Below, in pieces: positions 61,292 to 64,000 of a stretch of DNA of 64,000 nucleotides. Source of the stretch: Lysobacterales bacterium (lineage in GTDB: Bacteria; Pseudomonadota; Gammaproteobacteria; Xanthomonadales; Rhodanobacteraceae). The position numbers and the translations under genes are program-made. Each line of letters opens with the position of its first letter. The first letter of the stretch is position 1. The stretch is taken from positions 32,472-96,471 of the forward strand of contig JADKJL010000008.1 of the NCBI GenBank assembly GCA_016721015.1, in the 5' to 3' direction. The notes under the pieces were generated by a model. It saw nothing but the letters and a program-made list of their open reading frames with translations. It did not search any database and was not told the origin of the DNA.

Positions 61292-63637
61292 ATGAATCGT
61301 TTCTGCCTTCTGTTTACGTGCGCCTGCCTTGCTTCGAGCAGCGCCAGCGCCGCAATCTTCACCGTCGGCTCGGCCGTCGGCTGCACGCACAGCTCTATTC
61401 AAGCAGCGCTCAACGCGGCTTCGGCAAACGCTGAAGCCGACAGCATTCGCATCTCCAACCAGCTCAGCTACACCGCACAGGCCATCACCATCGGCGGCGG
61501 CGATATCACTTTGGTAGGCGGCTACAGCGACTGTAGTACCACGACGCCGACAGGTTCGACCACGATCAGTGGCCTCGGCGGGGCGACGGACTCGGTCATC
61601 AAGATAACTAGTGACGGAGTCCGCTACTTCAAGCGCTTGTTGATTACGCGTGGCGACGCGATCGGGGCTGGTGGCCGCGGTGGCGGCATACGCTTTGACG
61701 GCACCGGCGATCTGATTCTGGAAGATGTCAGCGTCGATCAAAACGCAGCCCTGAGTGGTGGCGGCATCTATTTTCGCAGCACCGGCGGCGCAGCTACCCT
61801 GCTGATCAACAGCAACAGTGCGATTTCGCGCAATACCGCAATCGAAGCAGACGGCCATGGCGGCGGCATCACAATCACCGGTAACGCGCGGTTGATCATG
61901 GCTGCGAACAACACCTCGATCTACAGCAACACCACAACCGGCGCCAATTCTCGCGGCGGTGGTGTGGCGATTTTTGGCCCGGCGCGTGCCGATATTGGCT
62001 CGCCGGGACTGGGGCCCTTTGGCGCCGTTTTCGATAACGAAGCCGAATTTGGTGGTGGTATCGCTATCTATGCGAGCACTGGATCGCCTCAGGATAATGC
62101 CTATGCCAGGGTCTTTTCGACCGACCCCGATCGCCCGGTTCGCATTCACGGCAATCGCGCGCGCAGTTTGGGCGGTGCTGTTTTCGCGCGCTCGGAGAGC
62201 TTTGGCGGGGAGACGCTAGCGGGGCTGTGTTTGCTAGATGCTCGCGTTGACGGCAATACAGCGCCCGAAGGTGCGGCGTTCTACTCAGACTCCACCACCA
62301 ATGCACTCGGGCTGTATCCCTCCAGCAGCCGCTTGTCCATCAACGCAGGTGACGCATCGGCGTGCAGTGCCCCAGAACAAGCAGCCACGTTGGGCGCGCT
62401 GCGCTGTACGCCGAATGTGGCGGGTTGCAACGTGATCGAAAACAACCGCGCCATCAATATCGGCAGCGGCACGCCAACCACTGGCGCGATCATTTTGGGC
62501 CAGACCTCGTCGGAATCGATCATTCGCCGGGTGAGTTTTCTCAACAATAGCGGTGGCAGCGTGATTGACCTGCGCGAGGCACGCCATTTCGAGCTCGGCT
62601 TGAGCCTGCTGGCAGGCAACACCCTCTCGAGCAACTTGCTGAAGGCCAACGCCGGCACGGAATCGTTCCGCGTGTTGAACGCAACCATCAGCAATAACAC
62701 CATTGGCGATGCACGCGTTATCTCGCGCGCTGGCAGCGGCTTGATCGAAATTAAAAACAACCTGATCAACCAGCCCGGGAAATTCACCCTGAGCTATGGC
62801 GGCAACGTCGGCAGCGCCAGCGCCGATATCGCCTACAACGTCAGCACCGACATCAGTACGCTGCCGCCGAATTCATTCAACGTCACCGGCCCGATTCGCC
62901 TGACCGATCCTGCACGCGGAGACTACCGCCAGCGCATTGCCTCGCGTGGCGTGGACACGTTGCCGACCATCGCGGGCAATGATCTGGATCTGGATGGCCG
63001 CCCGTTCGATGTGCTGAATCCGATCTATGCCGCGACGGTCGCCGCCGCGAATAGCCGCGATGCCGGCGCTTTCGAGCGACAGGTGAGCGATCCCTGGTTG
63101 GTCAATGGCGAATTTGATGGGGATTTGAACCTGTGGACCAGCTCAACGCCGACCCTGACCAGCTACAGCACCCTGAATGGCCCTGGCAGCAGCGGTGGGT
63201 CGGTGGCATTCAGTCGAGCCGCAACCACGGGTGATCCAAGCCCGCTCGCCTTCAACGTGCTGCGTCAATGCTTCAACGTGCCTGCCGCCGGGGTCTATCG
63301 CCTGAGCGCTCAGGGCCGCGCCCCCGGATCGGTCCTGGTCAGCCACGACAAGCCTTTCGTGCAATTGTTCGTACGCTACAACTCGGCCAACTGCACGGGC
63401 GGCATCGATCAGATTGCGAGCGAATACCTGCCCAACCAGGCGAGCTTCGCAACGATGCCCAATCCACTTGAGGTATCGATTACGCCGGCCCAATTCACTG
63501 ATGGCACGACGCTGGAAGTGCTATTGAACGTGGAACAGGATATTTCCGGAACCGCCATCAATGCGGGCTTCGATAGAATCCAGTTGACCGATGGCAGCCT
63601 GTTCGATTTGATTTTCGCGAATGGATTCGAGAATTGA
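61292..63637 (+). CDS. Paralogue of 58806..61124: secreted GGGI-repeat beta-helix plus CBM-like domain; ends in DLIFANGFEN
   Basis: Signal peptide MNRFCLLFTCACLASSSASA. It is colinear with its neighbour (AIFTVGSAVGCTH, GGGIRFDG, GGGIYFRS, HGNRARSLGGAVF, DAGAFERQVSDPWLVNGEFDGDLNLW). Confidence 0.8.
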   Translation: MNRFCLLFTCACLASSSASAAIFTVGSAVGCTHSSIQAALNAASANAEADSIRISNQLSYTAQAITIGGGDITLVGGYSDCSTTTPTGSTTISGLGGATDSVIKITSDGVRYFKRLLITRGDAIGAGGRGGGIRFDGTGDLILEDVSVDQNAALSGGGIYFRSTGGAATLLINSNSAISRNTAIEADGHGGGITITGNARLIMAANNTSIYSNTTTGANSRGGGVAIFGPARADIGSPGLGPFGAVFDNEAEFGGGIAIYASTGSPQDNAYARVFSTDPDRPVRIHGNRARSLGGAVFARSESFGGETLAGLCLLDARVDGNTAPEGAAFYSDSTTNALGLYPSSSRLSINAGDASACSAPEQAATLGALRCTPNVAGCNVIENNRAINIGSGTPTTGAIILGQTSSESIIRRVSFLNNSGGSVIDLREARHFELGLSLLAGNTLSSNLLKANAGTESFRVLNATISNNTIGDARVISRAGSGLIEIKNNLINQPGKFTLSYGGNVGSASADIAYNVSTDISTLPPNSFNVTGPIRLTDPARGDYRQRIASRGVDTLPTIAGNDLDLDGRPFDVLNPIYAATVAAANSRDAGAFERQVSDPWLVNGEFDGDLNLWTSSTPTLTSYSTLNGPGSSGGSVAFSRAATTGDPSPLAFNVLRQCFNVPAAGVYRLSAQGRAPGSVLVSHDKPFVQLFVRYNSANCTGGIDQIASEYLPNQASFATMPNPLEVSITPAQFTDGTTLEVLLNVEQDISGTAINAGFDRIQLTDGSLFDLIFANGFEN

Positions 63638-64000
63638 ATTGCCAGGCTTGGGGGGTGCATCGCACGGAAGGCGGGATCAAGCGGACTTGGGCCGGGGTCG
63701 GTAGCGCCACAGCGCGATTCCTGACCGATACGACGCAGACACGCACGAACGCACATTCGGTCAGGGCTATTGAATCGCGCGCAGGTTTGCGGGCAACGAC
63801 AACGAATTCGCCCTGAATTGCCCTAGTTTCTCCGACACATCGAAACGGCGAAGGGTGCCCATGAAAGTCAGGGGCAGCGAGCGCCAGGGGCGCGTTTCGG
63901 CGCGGCGTGATCGATAAATCCGGAAACAGGAAAAGTCTGTCACGATCAACCCAGCTATCGGCGGCAGCGGCAATGTTTCGGCGAACCGAATTTCAATCGG

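Noticed and set aside
63767-64000. Minus-strand reading frame open to the window edge (…PIEIRFAETMPLPPIAGLIVTDFSCFRIY…)
   Set aside because: It may be the C-terminus of a gene that starts beyond the window. However, only ~78 codons are visible, no motif is recognisable and codon bias is weak, so it cannot be supported.

Overview
High-GC proteobacterial chromosome segment. Gene content, the REP types and the glnA-porin-glnK-amtB layout suggest a Xanthomonadales/Lysobacterales-like gammaproteobacterium, but that is inference only. All family assignments below come from motif recognition by eye, with no searches run.

Layout:
1. 1-5.3 kb: distal end of a phage-tail-like contractile-injection (eCIS-type) baseplate module, cut by the window edge.
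2. 5.4-8.4 kb: an XRE regulator, a leaderless M6 metalloprotease, a 96-aa orphan and a heptanucleotide microsatellite.
3. 8.6-23.9 kb: housekeeping genes. These are a split lipoate ligase, a PQQ sugar dehydrogenase, speA, an S10 peptidase, speE, nupC, a desaturase and indolepyruvate:ferredoxin oxidoreductase. A MITE, REP hairpins and an 80-bp tandem duplication are interspersed.
4. 23.9-26.1 kb: an AT-rich patch with an HTH-HipA (YjjJ/HipH-like) kinase.
5. 26.2-31.1 kb: a BNR-repeat protein, a second MITE, and a RAYT transposase with a 184-bp-period REP array.
6. 31.2-36.5 kb: three secreted peptidases (M14, reprolysin-like, M20).
7. 36.7-43.5 kb: zapE, a hydrolase, acpH and the nitrogen cluster amtB-glnK-TorF porin-glnA, with a sigma-54 promoter.
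8. 44.5-63.6 kb: an accessory island. Two ECF-sigma plus Ser/Thr-kinase(TPR) modules are flanked by five beta-helix exoproteins and an esterase-GH5 fusion.

Most interesting signal: nine exported proteins of unrelated families end in the same very short tail, D-[LR]-I-F-x-[ND]-G-F-[EDQ]. It has no transmembrane segment, and one further copy sits at a domain junction. It looks like a C-terminal sorting or processing tag that I cannot assign to any named signal.
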